Positions 8,507 through 17,748 of a DNA stretch of 64,000 bases are shown here, piece by piece. The stretch's first letter is position 1, and every line of letters begins with the position of its first letter. The DNA lies in the IMG/VR virus record IMGVR_UViG_3300008111_001458. One strand, given 5' to 3'. The translations under genes were made by a program, and so were the position numbers. Under the pieces are notes generated by a model. That model was not told the DNA's origin, made no database searches, and saw only the letters and a list, made by a program, of their open reading frames with translations. This DNA is from a virus. Lineage: Duplodnaviria > Heunggongvirae > Uroviricota > Caudoviricetes.

Positions 8507-9919
8507 ATGAAAACATTACTTAAGGTAATGCTGGCGTCATCTGTGACAGCATTTATACCTGCACCTGCACACGCAGACGAATACAAAGACACACTTGAAA
8601 TTCTAAAAAATAAAAATATTCTTACACAGAAAGAATATGATATTAAACTTAAAGAATATGAAGAAAAAGAAGAAAACAAAAAGTTTATTGAACAGAGAAT
8701 TGACAGAGATGTCAGCGACTCAGTCAAATACAGACAGGCCAGAGTTAATGACGGATCAGTCACAGAAAACGGAATTGGACTCAAAAGCAAAGATGGCGGC
8801 AACACCGTCCAGCTTACAGGTCGACTACATATGGACTATCGTCAGTACTCCCCGGATTACGGTACAGGTCAAACCACAGATTCGTACCAGAATACTGCTG
8901 AAGCACGACGAGCCAGATTTGGAGTAAGAGGTCAGTTTGCCAAAGATTTCAAATATCAATTATTAGCAAACTTTGGTGCCAGTGATGGTTTTAGTTCAAC
9001 ATCGAGTACAGCAGATGAAATGTGGGTCAACTATGCTGCAAATCCAGAAGCACAGTTTCAATTTGGTTTATTCAAGATGCCATTCAGTCTTGAGCAGTTA
9101 ACAAGTTCAAACAATCTTGACTTTATGGAACGCAGTTTAATTGGTCAAAATGATACAGAGTTTATACCTGCTAAAGAAACTGGATTTATGTTACATGGTA
9201 TTCCTAAGCCTGGCTTAACATACGCTCTAGCATTAAGCAGAGGTAAGAGCAATAAGAGTGCCGAGTTTGATGGCTTTGACTACATTAGTCGTGTAACTAC
9301 AAACATCGCTGAACTAACCGGAAGCAAAGCATATACAGCACATTTAGGTGCCGCTTATAGTACAGGTGAAATCAAAAGCGGTGTAGCTCCAGCAAGTGGT
9401 AGAACAGAATCACGTATGCAATCAGGATGGTTTACAGGATCTGCTCTTAGCGGTGCAACTACAAGAACACGTCAAGGCCTCGAAGCTGCATTTGCTTATA
9501 ATGCATTTAAGGTGCAAGGCGAACATTTTCAATTTAATTATGATCCTGCAACAGGTAACGATCAGAAAATAAATGGATACTATGTGCAAGCTGTGTATAA
9601 TCTAACAGGTGAGTCACACTCATATAAAGATGGCGCATTTGGTTGGATCAAACCTGCTAATCCTTTGGACAAAGGTGGTCGTGGTGCATGGCAAGTTGGT
9701 GTACGTATGAGTGAGTTTGATGCCAGTGACATTACTGTAGCTACCGGCAAATCAAATCGTGCTACTGCTATGACATATGGTGTTACCTGGTTCTGCACAG
9801 ACAACCTACGTTTTATGTTAAATTATGTAGACACAAAATTTGATAGTCTAGTAGGCAGTTCAGGTAGTCGTGTAAACGGCGAACGTGCTGTTATGTTTAG
9901 AAGCCAACTAAGTTTTTAA
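8507..9919 (+). CDS. Outer-membrane porin, probably phosphate-selective OprO/OprP-like
   Basis: 470 aa with a signal peptide (AHA cleavage), C-terminal aromatic residue (F), beta-barrel-like alternating pattern, and position directly after pstS. The family call rests on weak motif recall. Confidence 0.5.
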   Translation: MKTLLKVMLASSVTAFIPAPAHADEYKDTLEILKNKNILTQKEYDIKLKEYEEKEENKKFIEQRIDRDVSDSVKYRQARVNDGSVTENGIGLKSKDGGNTVQLTGRLHMDYRQYSPDYGTGQTTDSYQNTAEARRARFGVRGQFAKDFKYQLLANFGASDGFSSTSSTADEMWVNYAANPEAQFQFGLFKMPFSLEQLTSSNNLDFMERSLIGQNDTEFIPAKETGFMLHGIPKPGLTYALALSRGKSNKSAEFDGFDYISRVTTNIAELTGSKAYTAHLGAAYSTGEIKSGVAPASGRTESRMQSGWFTGSALSGATTRTRQGLEAAFAYNAFKVQGEHFQFNYDPATGNDQKINGYYVQAVYNLTGESHSYKDGAFGWIKPANPLDKGGRGAWQVGVRMSEFDASDITVATGKSNRATAMTYGVTWFCTDNLRFMLNYVDTKFDSLVGSSGSRVNGERAVMFRSQLSF

Positions 9920-9941
9920 TAAATAACTTGGCATTTATAAT

Positions 9942-9967
9942 GCCCCATCTAATGGGGCTTTTTTTTG
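9942..9967 (+). terminator. Rho-independent terminator (gccccat-cta-atggggc + T9)
   Basis: 6-7 bp GC stem with a 3-nt loop followed by nine T. It contains the recurring CTAATGGG motif. Confidence 0.7.
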
Positions 9968-9977
9968 GACACACTAA

Positions 9978-10157
9978 ATGGAAACACACAAACGAACACT
10001 AACACGAGCAATTACATGGAGAATTACCGCAACTCTTATAACTGCGGCATGGACAGGATTGGCAGGAGCTATCGTTATTAATATTTTTATGACTGTTGCC
10101 CACTACATACATGAACGATTTTGGCTAAAAATTGAGTGGGGTAAACAGATCAATTAG
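9978..10157 (+). CDS. DUF2061-like small membrane protein (59 aa)
   Basis: Hand-found ORF METHKRTLTRAITWRITATLITAAWTG... The ITWRI..T...W pattern is characteristic of DUF2061. Confidence 0.4.
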   Translation: METHKRTLTRAITWRITATLITAAWTGLAGAIVINIFMTVAHYIHERFWLKIEWGKQIN

Positions 10158-10265
10158 CCTATTTTAATGAATTTCACTATGGTTTTCTGGTAGTTTTTAT
10201 CATATAATGCAGATACATACTGTTGCAATAGTATGTTTTTATTGTTGTTAAAAAGGAGAAGCATT

Positions 10266-10337
10266 ATGTGGACCAAGCCAGAAGCAACCGAGATGCGTTA
10301 TGGTTTTGAGATCACTATGTACATCGCTAATCGCTAA
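10266..10337 (+). CDS. pqqA: PqqA-like 23-aa peptide (coenzyme PQQ precursor-peptide homolog)
   Basis: [23 protein letters not shown] compared with Klebsiella PqqA [23 protein letters not shown]: same length, 12 of 23 identical, and the conserved E-x-T-x-Y ... NR core (the Glu and Tyr cross-linked by PqqE). RBS aaggag is 8 nt upstream and its own terminator follows. Confidence 0.5.
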   Translation: MWTKPEATEMRYGFEITMYIANR

Positions 10338-10356
10338 TACATAGTATCAAAAATCA

Positions 10357-10379
10357 AAACCCGCTCCGGCGGGTTTTTT
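10357..10379 (+). terminator. Rho-independent terminator after the PqqA-like ORF
   Basis: cccgc-tccg-gcggg stem followed by TTTTTT. Confidence 0.6.
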
Positions 10380-10380
10380 C

Positions 10381-10408
10381 TTGACTTTTATTGCAAATAT
10401 GTTATACT
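10381..10408 (+). promoter_or_regulatory. sigma70-like promoter TTGACT-16-TATACT
   Basis: -35 at 10381-10386 and -10 at 10403-10408, upstream of ORF 10441. Confidence 0.45.
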
Positions 10409-10440
10409 ATATGCTCAGTAACTAATTTTGGAGATATACT

Positions 10441-10812
10441 TTGAGTATGCATTTGGAAGGTCCGTGGCTCAGTACCACAGGCAAGAAAAAAAGCAAACGT
10501 AAATTTCGTAATGCTGAAGAAGCACGTAAGTCTCGCGAGTTACAAGATTCTTGGCAGTCGTTGTTAGAAAAGTATGATGTGCCAAAAACTAGTAAACAGA
10601 AAAAATTTGAACCATTAAAGGCCAAATCAGCACCTATAAGAGAGACTCCAAAGATTCCTAGTCTTCCTTTTACTGCTGGACCTTGTACTAAACCAGAGCA
10701 GAAAGTTTATACTGGTACAAAAGTTAAAGGTATTGGCACTATGCATAAAAGTAATGCTGTTCCAATTTTTTCAGACGAAGAAGCTGTAGAAATTGCCAAA
10801 ATGAGGCGATAA
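10441..10812 (+). CDS. Hypothetical basic (Lys-rich) protein
   Basis: 123-aa ORF downstream of a consensus promoter. Confidence 0.45.
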   Translation: MSMHLEGPWLSTTGKKKSKRKFRNAEEARKSRELQDSWQSLLEKYDVPKTSKQKKFEPLKAKSAPIRETPKIPSLPFTAGPCTKPEQKVYTGTKVKGIGTMHKSNAVPIFSDEEAVEIAKMRR

Positions 10813-11112
10813 TACCACATTTTAGTACCAAAATGAGTGATATATGCTATATAAAAATACGTTTCGCAAAGAAACTAAGATAGTAGAACCAAAGTATGTC
10901 AAAAGCTGAAACGGTTCCGCGAGTCTTGGCCAATTGGAAACCCGTGAGATTCGGGCGGTCAAGGCTCCAAAGGCACACAAGTTATGAGATTGTGCGTCCA
11001 ATGGAGACAACTACACGAACCCAGGGTTCTTCATTTAGAGCCTCGTGAAGTTTACTCCCTTAATGTAATGTAATATGAAGTTCGTATTACACCAAATGAA
11101 AGGAGATACAAA

Positions 11113-11652
11113 ATGGAAAAAGTAATAAAACCTATAATTTTGATTATTGGGTTAGTACTAACAGTAATGTCTATTAAAGCTGTTACAGCCGTAAAACTAA
11201 ATCAATTAAAACAGACAGCAGGAGTTTCTTATTCTGATGTTGTCACAATTCGTGAACGTGAGCGTCAGTTAGATTGCTTGGCTAGAAATATCTATCACGA
11301 AGCGGCCAGCGAACCATTTGAGGGTAAAGTTGCGGTAGCACAGGTTACAATGAACCGTGCATCCAGCGGCAAATTCCCAAATGATATTTGCGGTGTTATA
11401 TACCAAAAGAATGTTTTCTATGAAAAAGTAGTTTGCCAATTTAGTTGGTACTGCGAAGGTCACGGTAAAAGCAAACCAATTCGTAGCAAAGAAATGTACG
11501 ACGAATCATATCGTGTTGCTAAAAAAGTATTGTTAGAAAACTTTAGACTTGACGTTATGAAAGAAGCCATGTATTATCATGCTGATTACGTGAACCCTCA
11601 ATGGGGTAGAGAAAAGATTGGCAAAATTGGTCGTCATATATTTTACAAATAA
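11113..11652 (+). CDS. SleB-like cell-wall hydrolase (Hydrolase_2 family) with N-terminal membrane anchor
   Basis: LARNIYHEAASEPFEGKVAVAQVTMNR matches the SleB/Hydrolase_2 core. RBS aaaggag. Confidence 0.65.
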   Translation: MEKVIKPIILIIGLVLTVMSIKAVTAVKLNQLKQTAGVSYSDVVTIRERERQLDCLARNIYHEAASEPFEGKVAVAQVTMNRASSGKFPNDICGVIYQKNVFYEKVVCQFSWYCEGHGKSKPIRSKEMYDESYRVAKKVLLENFRLDVMKEAMYYHADYVNPQWGREKIGKIGRHIFYK

Positions 11653-11661
11653 GGATTAAGA

Positions 11662-11973
11662 ATGGAAAAGTTTGAGTTGTTGTTTAATAAATGCAGAGAA
11701 TTTTTATCTACCAAATTAAGTCACATCAGTAGCGAAGCTTTGGGTTGGTTAGCTACTATTGTGATTCATGCATCAACCTTGCCAACGTTTCTTGCAGTTA
11801 TGATGGGATTAACTGACAAGCTACCTGGCGTTGATATCATTCTAATGGTTTGGGGTGGACTAACCTTGTTGTTCTTTAGAGCCGTGTTAATCAAAGACAT
11901 GCTCAATGTAGCAACAATTGGATTTGGTTTTATTCTTCAAGCTGTATTCATGTCACTGATTTTCTTTAAGTAA
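11662..11973 (+). CDS. Small 3-TM membrane protein
   Basis: 103 aa with three hydrophobic segments. Confidence 0.45.
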   Translation: MEKFELLFNKCREFLSTKLSHISSEALGWLATIVIHASTLPTFLAVMMGLTDKLPGVDIILMVWGGLTLLFFRAVLIKDMLNVATIGFGFILQAVFMSLIFFK

Positions 11974-11991
11974 TTTTGGTAATCACCGTAG

Positions 11992-12020
11992 TTGACTTTG
12001 GTCGACTGCGGTGTTATATT
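11992..12020 (+). promoter_or_regulatory. sigma70-like promoter TTGACT-17-TATATT
   Basis: Lies inside the 5' extension of track ORF 11992, so the real start is ATG 12055. Confidence 0.45.
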
Positions 12021-12054
12021 AGTAACTGTCTTAACACACACAGAAAGAGGCATT

Positions 12055-12531
12055 ATGAAAAAGGCAATTTTAGTAGGCTTAATGGCAGCGGCTATTACAG
12101 GCTGTTCGTCTATGAAAGATATTCCAGAACGTAAAACTTATGCTCAACCTAGTTGGTATCAGGATTGCGCACAAGAAGGCATCAAAGGCTGGTTCTGGTG
12201 GAAAGAAGACTATGTCTATGCCTGCGGTGCAGGTGAATCAGCATACGCACAGGCTGCTGAAGAGCAAATGGATGCAATTGCAATGAATAACTTTGCAAAA
12301 CGCATTAATGGTACAGTAAACTCTGAAACTGTAATTGATATCAAAGACGATAAGAAAACTACTCGTACACTGATTTCTTACAAAGTTACTGATACTGCTA
12401 TTCGTCGTCACGTCAAGACCGAAAAAGGCCACTTTACGATGAATGGACGCCACTACACTTATGTACGGCTTGAAATGAAAAAGTCTACATTTGAACAATT
12501 GATGAACGAAGCTAAACAGAAAGCACAATAA
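12055..12531 (+). CDS. Lipoprotein
   Basis: MKKAILVGLMAAAITGCSS lipobox. RBS agaaagagg. Confidence 0.55.
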   Translation: MKKAILVGLMAAAITGCSSMKDIPERKTYAQPSWYQDCAQEGIKGWFWWKEDYVYACGAGESAYAQAAEEQMDAIAMNNFAKRINGTVNSETVIDIKDDKKTTRTLISYKVTDTAIRRHVKTEKGHFTMNGRHYTYVRLEMKKSTFEQLMNEAKQKAQ

Positions 12532-12845
12532 TGAAATTATTGATTATTGCTGCTACCGCTGTAATTTTAGCGGGCTGTAGTTCTGCCCCTAAAATTGCAG
12601 CCGAAAAGCCGCAGTATTGTCACACTTATCAAACAATAAAATCTAAGAACGGTGATACTGTTAATAGTGAGACTACTGTCAAATGTACTGATGATCAGGT
12701 TGAACGTGTAACTTCAAAACGTCTAGGTATGGCGGACAATTGTGGTTATTTTACTAGTTATATGAAAGTTGGAGGCAAAGATGTTCCGTATCGTGCGATT
12801 AGTTGTTTTGACGGTCGTAATTGGGAAATCATTAATGTTCAGTAA
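12531..12845 (+). CDS. Small lipoprotein
   Basis: MKLLIIAATAVILAGCSS lipobox. ATGA-coupled to the preceding gene. Confidence 0.5.
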   Translation: MKLLIIAATAVILAGCSSAPKIAAEKPQYCHTYQTIKSKNGDTVNSETTVKCTDDQVERVTSKRLGMADNCGYFTSYMKVGGKDVPYRAISCFDGRNWEIINVQ

Positions 12846-13200
12846 TGCATTAGCATCTGATTTTAATAATCCTAAATTTTTTGAATATTCAGGTGGTGAT
12901 TTTATAAATCGTCTTTCTGATCTTAGTTTTGGATGGTTTAAAACACTATCAACTGAAGAAAGTGTAGCTTATCACCAAAGCATAACCCATGCGATAATGT
13001 ACGCAGATAATGGGCAAAGTGTACGTTGGTTTAGAGGAAATGCCAGCGGCGAATCTACCCCAATTATGACATATCCCTCAGGCAATGGTTATTGCAGAAG
13101 GATATATATTAGAGTAATTGCCCATGAAACTGAAAAACGCCTAAAAAATACGGCCTGTTATAATAAGACAAACGACAGGTGGATGTGGGTCAATGAATAA
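12769..13200 (+). CDS. Secreted hypothetical protein
   Basis: N-terminal signal-like segment. The start is uncertain because it overlaps the previous ORF. Confidence 0.4.
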   Translation: MEAKMFRIVRLVVLTVVIGKSLMFSNALASDFNNPKFFEYSGGDFINRLSDLSFGWFKTLSTEESVAYHQSITHAIMYADNGQSVRWFRGNASGESTPIMTYPSGNGYCRRIYIRVIAHETEKRLKNTACYNKTNDRWMWVNE

Positions 13201-13224
13201 ATATAACATTAAGGAGATATTTTT

Positions 13225-13920
13225 ATGGCCTCAGGATTCCAACAAGACACAAACCAACTAAGTCCTAATTTTTATAGAGTAACTATTGATCTTAGTGGTT
13301 ATGATTCCACAGCCGCTAATACGACTTCGGGTAGTGTTGAACCTGATAGCGGCGATTCTTTCGCAACAATGAACACAACTTTAGCAAATTCAAGACGTCG
13401 TGCTAGAGGTAACTTACGTTGGGAAGCAATTATCAGCAACCTGTCAAAGCACAGTGATTGCCAAATTTTAGATGTTACTGCTACAGAAGCAGGCCCATCA
13501 ACTCTAGATGTAGCAGATGATGTTACTACTGCACTTTCTTTCACAGTTAGATATGATCGTGATGCATTTGTATTGCCTGGTGTTCAAGCTCAGTTAATTG
13601 CCGAGGGAAGAATTTCCGGTGGAGCAGCCAAAATGACTGATCATGAAACTCTTGGCAGTGCAACTAGTTGTACCACAACTGCATTAGCTGTTAAAGAAAT
13701 GATAGTTCGTGGTATTACTAAAGGATATGCCGATTATCTAACTAACGTTTCTACTGCTGTTAATTCATCAACAGACGTATTTCAAAAGTCTGCTAGAGTT
13801 TATGACGGCATCGGTGGTGGTCAAGAAACGGTTACAGTTGCATCCCCAGTAACTCCAAAGGTTGCTCATACTGATGTGACAGTGACACTGGTTGACACAG
13901 TTACCTTGGTGAATGCATAA
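13225..13920 (+). CDS. Hypothetical protein, possibly structural or abundant
   Basis: 231 aa, T/S/V-rich. Strong RBS aaggagat. Confidence 0.45.
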   Translation: MASGFQQDTNQLSPNFYRVTIDLSGYDSTAANTTSGSVEPDSGDSFATMNTTLANSRRRARGNLRWEAIISNLSKHSDCQILDVTATEAGPSTLDVADDVTTALSFTVRYDRDAFVLPGVQAQLIAEGRISGGAAKMTDHETLGSATSCTTTALAVKEMIVRGITKGYADYLTNVSTAVNSSTDVFQKSARVYDGIGGGQETVTVASPVTPKVAHTDVTVTLVDTVTLVNA

Positions 13921-15085
13921 TAGCTTAATGCTACTAGCCTATCTACTACTACTAACTGGTTTAACAATTTCAGCGGTCGCAATCTACTACTCAGTAGTTG
14001 GTTTGGCCGCTATTTTCTCTGCGGCTGTTATTCCTATCTATATTATGGGAACAACGTTAGAGGTTGCCAAACTAGTTTGCGCCAGCTGGTTAAAAGCCAA
14101 CTGGGAACGTGCTCCACGTTTTATGAAATACTACATGAGTATTTCTGTAGTAGTATTGATGATTATTACTTCTATGGGTATCTTTGGATTTCTGTCAAAG
14201 GCACATACCGATCAAAATTTAGTCAGCGGCGATGTACAAAGTAAGATTGCTGTGTATGACGAAAAAATTAAAACAGAACGAGATAACATAGACGCAGCCA
14301 AGAAAGCTTTGAGCCAAATGGATGCACAAGTTGATCAAATGTTGGGTCGTACAGACACTGATCGAGGAGCAGAACGTGCTGTACAAATTCGTCGTAATCA
14401 AGCAAAAGAACGTGCAGCATTGCAAGCAGATATTGCCAAAGCTCAAAAAAATATTTCTCAGTTACAAGCAGAACGTTCTCCAATTGCAGCAGAAGTTCGT
14501 AAAGTAGAAGCAGAAGTTGGCCCTCTAAAATATATTGCTAAGTTTATCTACGGTGATAAAGGTGCCGATGTAAACATGCTAGAGAAAGCTGTTACCTGGG
14601 TAATTATCCTTATTGTTATTGTGTTTGATCCATTGGCAGTTATCATGTTGTTGGCAGCACAAATGACATTCCAGTGGAATCGCGAACAGAAAAAAGTCAA
14701 CGATGAAATGCACGATGAGTATGACTTTTCTAATGGAGTAAAAGGTCCGGTACTTCCACCTGAAGTACCTCCAGCACCTTGGCCATTTCCTGCTAAGATA
14801 GATACTCTTGTTGAAGCCGAAGATCGTCATAATGAATCTATTGATCTAGGAAAAGTTGCGACAGAAAAACCTAAGGCAGAGAAAGCTGCAGAGGAAGAAG
14901 CCAACAGGCTTAAAGAAGAACTAATTGCAACTGAAGAAGCTAAGAAATGGGCTGAGGAAAATCCTCAAACTGAAGAAGCCGAAAAAGCTAAAGAGTGGGC
15001 GGACGAAGAAGAGACCAAAAAAAAAGAGTTGACTTGGTTCGAGAAGGAAGGCAAGGAACAGGTCAAAAAGAGCCGCTTAGAATAG
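13913..15085 (+). CDS. Membrane protein with central coiled coil and Lys/Glu-rich C-terminal tail
   Basis: 390 aa with N-terminal and internal TM segments, then a long heptad-like and KE-rich region. Confidence 0.5.
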   Translation: MHNSLMLLAYLLLLTGLTISAVAIYYSVVGLAAIFSAAVIPIYIMGTTLEVAKLVCASWLKANWERAPRFMKYYMSISVVVLMIITSMGIFGFLSKAHTDQNLVSGDVQSKIAVYDEKIKTERDNIDAAKKALSQMDAQVDQMLGRTDTDRGAERAVQIRRNQAKERAALQADIAKAQKNISQLQAERSPIAAEVRKVEAEVGPLKYIAKFIYGDKGADVNMLEKAVTWVIILIVIVFDPLAVIMLLAAQMTFQWNREQKKVNDEMHDEYDFSNGVKGPVLPPEVPPAPWPFPAKIDTLVEAEDRHNESIDLGKVATEKPKAEKAAEEEANRLKEELIATEEAKKWAEENPQTEEAEKAKEWADEEETKKKELTWFEKEGKEQVKKSRLE

Positions 15086-15365
15086 AAGGCTATCAACAGA
15101 ACAGCGAACAAAGCAATTCTACAGTTTGGAAAAAAATTAAAGAAAGACAACCAGTAGAAGATAACTTTACCCCACGCGATAGAATATATAGAAATCTAAA
15201 CAAAGACAATTTAAGTTCTTTGGATCTAGAAATTTATAATGAAGAAGATCCCGAGCTAATTAGAATTATGACGTTTATTAAAAAATTGCGGTCTCGTGAA
15301 ATAAAACCGGAAGACTTGTCAGTCGAAGATGCTGAAATCGTTGCAGAAGTATTATCTAAAATCTA

Positions 15366-15758
15366 ATGAATAAAATTACTTTGGTTACTGAGCCAGATGA
15401 TATACTGGTAGATGCTTTTAGAATATTGTGCGTAAATCTAACCGTAGATCAAACACAGTTTCTTTCTGACATCGTAAATGATATGGAATATATAGTTGAC
15501 ACTGTTGTATATGTTTGGAACGATGGAGATGACGAAAAATGGTTATTTGATAAAAAGACAAAAAGTAATCTAATTGTCTTTAATGCAAGTACAGAATGTG
15601 GAGAGATAAATGGATATCTAGCTGCACAACCAAATTCGTTTTATTTTGGTCCTCTCAGAAATTTATCTCTCGTAAATATTAGAGATATATATGATGCAAC
15701 AGATTTTAAAGATACTTTATTAGAATATATCAGGAAATATGAACAAATTTACGAATAA
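15366..15758 (+). CDS. Hypothetical acidic protein
   Basis: 130-aa ORF. Confidence 0.4.
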   Translation: MNKITLVTEPDDILVDAFRILCVNLTVDQTQFLSDIVNDMEYIVDTVVYVWNDGDDEKWLFDKKTKSNLIVFNASTECGEINGYLAAQPNSFYFGPLRNLSLVNIRDIYDATDFKDTLLEYIRKYEQIYE

Positions 15759-15978
15759 ACCTTCTGGTAGTGTAGTTACAGTTAAAGATGGCGAAGATAT
15801 TAATCGTGCTCTTAGACGTTTTAAGAAAAAAATAGAAGAATCCGGCACACTTGACACCCTCCGTAAAAAAGAATTTTACGAAAAACCTACTACAGAACGT
15901 AAGCGTAAAAAATCAGCGGCTAAGGCACGTTGGCGCAAACAATTACGTTCACAAGAATTACCACCTAAACTCTATTGA
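15739..15978 (+). CDS. rpsU: Ribosomal protein bS21
   Basis: [44 protein letters not shown] aligns closely with bacterial S21 (ALRRFKRSCEKAG...[21 protein letters not shown]). Confidence 0.85.
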   Translation: [79 protein letters not shown]

Positions 15979-16003
15979 CATCTGAAAGAAAGTAGTTTAT
16001 AAT
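15975..16003 (+). promoter_or_regulatory. Perfect consensus sigma70 promoter TTGACA-17-TATAAT
   Basis: -35 at 15975-15980 and -10 at 15998-16003, 6 nt before ATG 16010. Confidence 0.55.
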
Positions 16004-16009
16004 AGTACT

Positions 16010-16591
16010 ATGAACTCAGATATAATGATAGACCTCGAAACCCTTGCCACCACTCCTGATGCTGCAATTTTAAGTATTGGCGCAGTGAAATTTGATCCGT
16101 TTGGGCAAGAATTAAAAGAACCAGCAATGGAAAGTTTTTATCTACGTGTAGATATTGACAGTTGTGATCGGTTAGGATTAGCTACATCACAAGATACTCT
16201 TGAATGGTGGGCAAAACAAAGTCAAGCAGCTCAAGACGAAGCATTTGGAACCGAAGGTAGAGTTGATATTGTTAGTGCTATGAATCAACTTTATAAATTC
16301 TGTTGGGGTGCTAAACGTGTATGGAGTCACGGTGCTGGCTTTGACGTTGTTATTTTAGAAACAGTATTTCGCAAAATGGGAAAAGGTTACCCTTGGAGTT
16401 TCTGGCAAGTAAGAGATACTAGAACAATTTTTGATCTTGGTATCAATCCAGACCGCCCTGAAGTATTAGCTCACCATGCGTTACACGATTCTTATAATCA
16501 AGCAATTGGTGTGCAAAATGTTTTCCGTAGATTGCGAACATCGTCGACATTAGACGGCCAATTGCTTTCTCCATTAAAGGATTCAAGATGA
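16010..16591 (+). CDS. DEDDh-type 3'-5' exonuclease (DnaQ / RNase T / oligoribonuclease-like)
   Basis: Exo I motif IMIDLETL, Exo [14 protein letters not shown] and Exo III HHALHDS (H-x4-D). Confidence 0.65.
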   Translation: MNSDIMIDLETLATTPDAAILSIGAVKFDPFGQELKEPAMESFYLRVDIDSCDRLGLATSQDTLEWWAKQSQAAQDEAFGTEGRVDIVSAMNQLYKFCWGAKRVWSHGAGFDVVILETVFRKMGKGYPWSFWQVRDTRTIFDLGINPDRPEVLAHHALHDSYNQAIGVQNVFRRLRTSSTLDGQLLSPLKDSR

Positions 16592-17667
16592 GAATCGAAG
16601 ATGAAATCAAATTAGATTTCAAAGATGTTCTTATTCGTCCTAAGCGCAGTACTTTATCAAGTCGCAAAGAAGTTGACTTAACAAGGACTTACAAATTTAA
16701 ACACAGTCGCGCCGAGTGGACAGGAGTTCCGATTATGGCCAGTAACATGGACGGTGTTGGTACACTAGAAATGGCTCATGCTCTATATCAACACAAAATG
16801 TTCACTTGCCTAGTTAAGAATATCAGTACGGTATACTTTGAAACAACCGTACAAGATATAGGAGGCAATCATTTCGCAGTAAGCACAGGGACTTCCGAAA
16901 AGGACTTTGAAAGATTAAGTAACATACTTAATTCTTATTCCGAAATAAAATTTATCTGTATAGATGTAGCAAATGGATATAGCGAACACTTCGGGGACTA
17001 TGTAGAAGAAGTGCGTGAGGCATTTCCTAATCACACAATTATCGCAGGTAACGTTGTTACCGCAGACATGACACAGGAGTTAATTTTACGTGGAGCAGAT
17101 ATTATCAAAGTGGGCATTGGTCCAGGCAGTGTTTGTACAACTAGGATACAAACTGGCGTCGGTTATCCTCAGCTCAGTGCTATTATTGAGTGTGCTGACG
17201 CTGCTCATGGTCTCGGCGGCCATATTATTGCTGATGGTGGTTGTGTGTGTCCCGGTGACATTGCTAAGGCGTTTGGCGCCGGAGCAGACTTTGTAATGTT
17301 AGGAGGCATGTTAGCCGGTCATGATGAGGGCGGCGGTGAAGTTATTGAAGAAATGCACGAACTTTCAAAACTTCAAAAAGATATGTTTTCAAATGATTAT
17401 GAAATTAAAAAATATGTAGAATTCTATGGAATGAGTTCAAATACTGCTATGAACAAGCATCATGGTGGCATAGCTGAATATCGTTCATCAGAAGGACGTA
17501 CGGTAAGAGTACCGTATAAGGGCCCGGTCCAAAGTACAATTTTGGATATGTTGGGCGGACTGCGTAGTTCTTGCACATATGTAGGTGCTGCAAGTCTTAA
17601 ACAATTATCTAAATGTACTACATTTATTAGGGTCAATATGCAATTTAATGATGTCTTTACGAGATAA
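16588..17667 (+). CDS. guaC: GMP reductase
   Basis: [23 protein letters not shown] ... [46 protein letters not shown] is almost collinear with E. coli GuaC. No CBS insert, which marks GuaC rather than IMPDH. Confidence 0.85.
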   Translation: MRIEDEIKLDFKDVLIRPKRSTLSSRKEVDLTRTYKFKHSRAEWTGVPIMASNMDGVGTLEMAHALYQHKMFTCLVKNISTVYFETTVQDIGGNHFAVSTGTSEKDFERLSNILNSYSEIKFICIDVANGYSEHFGDYVEEVREAFPNHTIIAGNVVTADMTQELILRGADIIKVGIGPGSVCTTRIQTGVGYPQLSAIIECADAAHGLGGHIIADGGCVCPGDIAKAFGAGADFVMLGGMLAGHDEGGGEVIEEMHELSKLQKDMFSNDYEIKKYVEFYGMSSNTAMNKHHGGIAEYRSSEGRTVRVPYKGPVQSTILDMLGGLRSSCTYVGAASLKQLSKCTTFIRVNMQFNDVFTR

Positions 17668-17748
17668 ATAAAAACGCAATTAGCACCCAATGGGCTAATT
17701 GTAACGAGCTCAGTGCTCATTAAATTCTTACTTTTTAAGGAGAAAAAT

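Noticed and set aside
11662-11973. SemiSWEET / PQ-loop sugar transporter call for the 103-aa 3-TM protein
   Set aside because: Size and topology fit, but the diagnostic PQ motif is not present. Kept as a generic small membrane protein.
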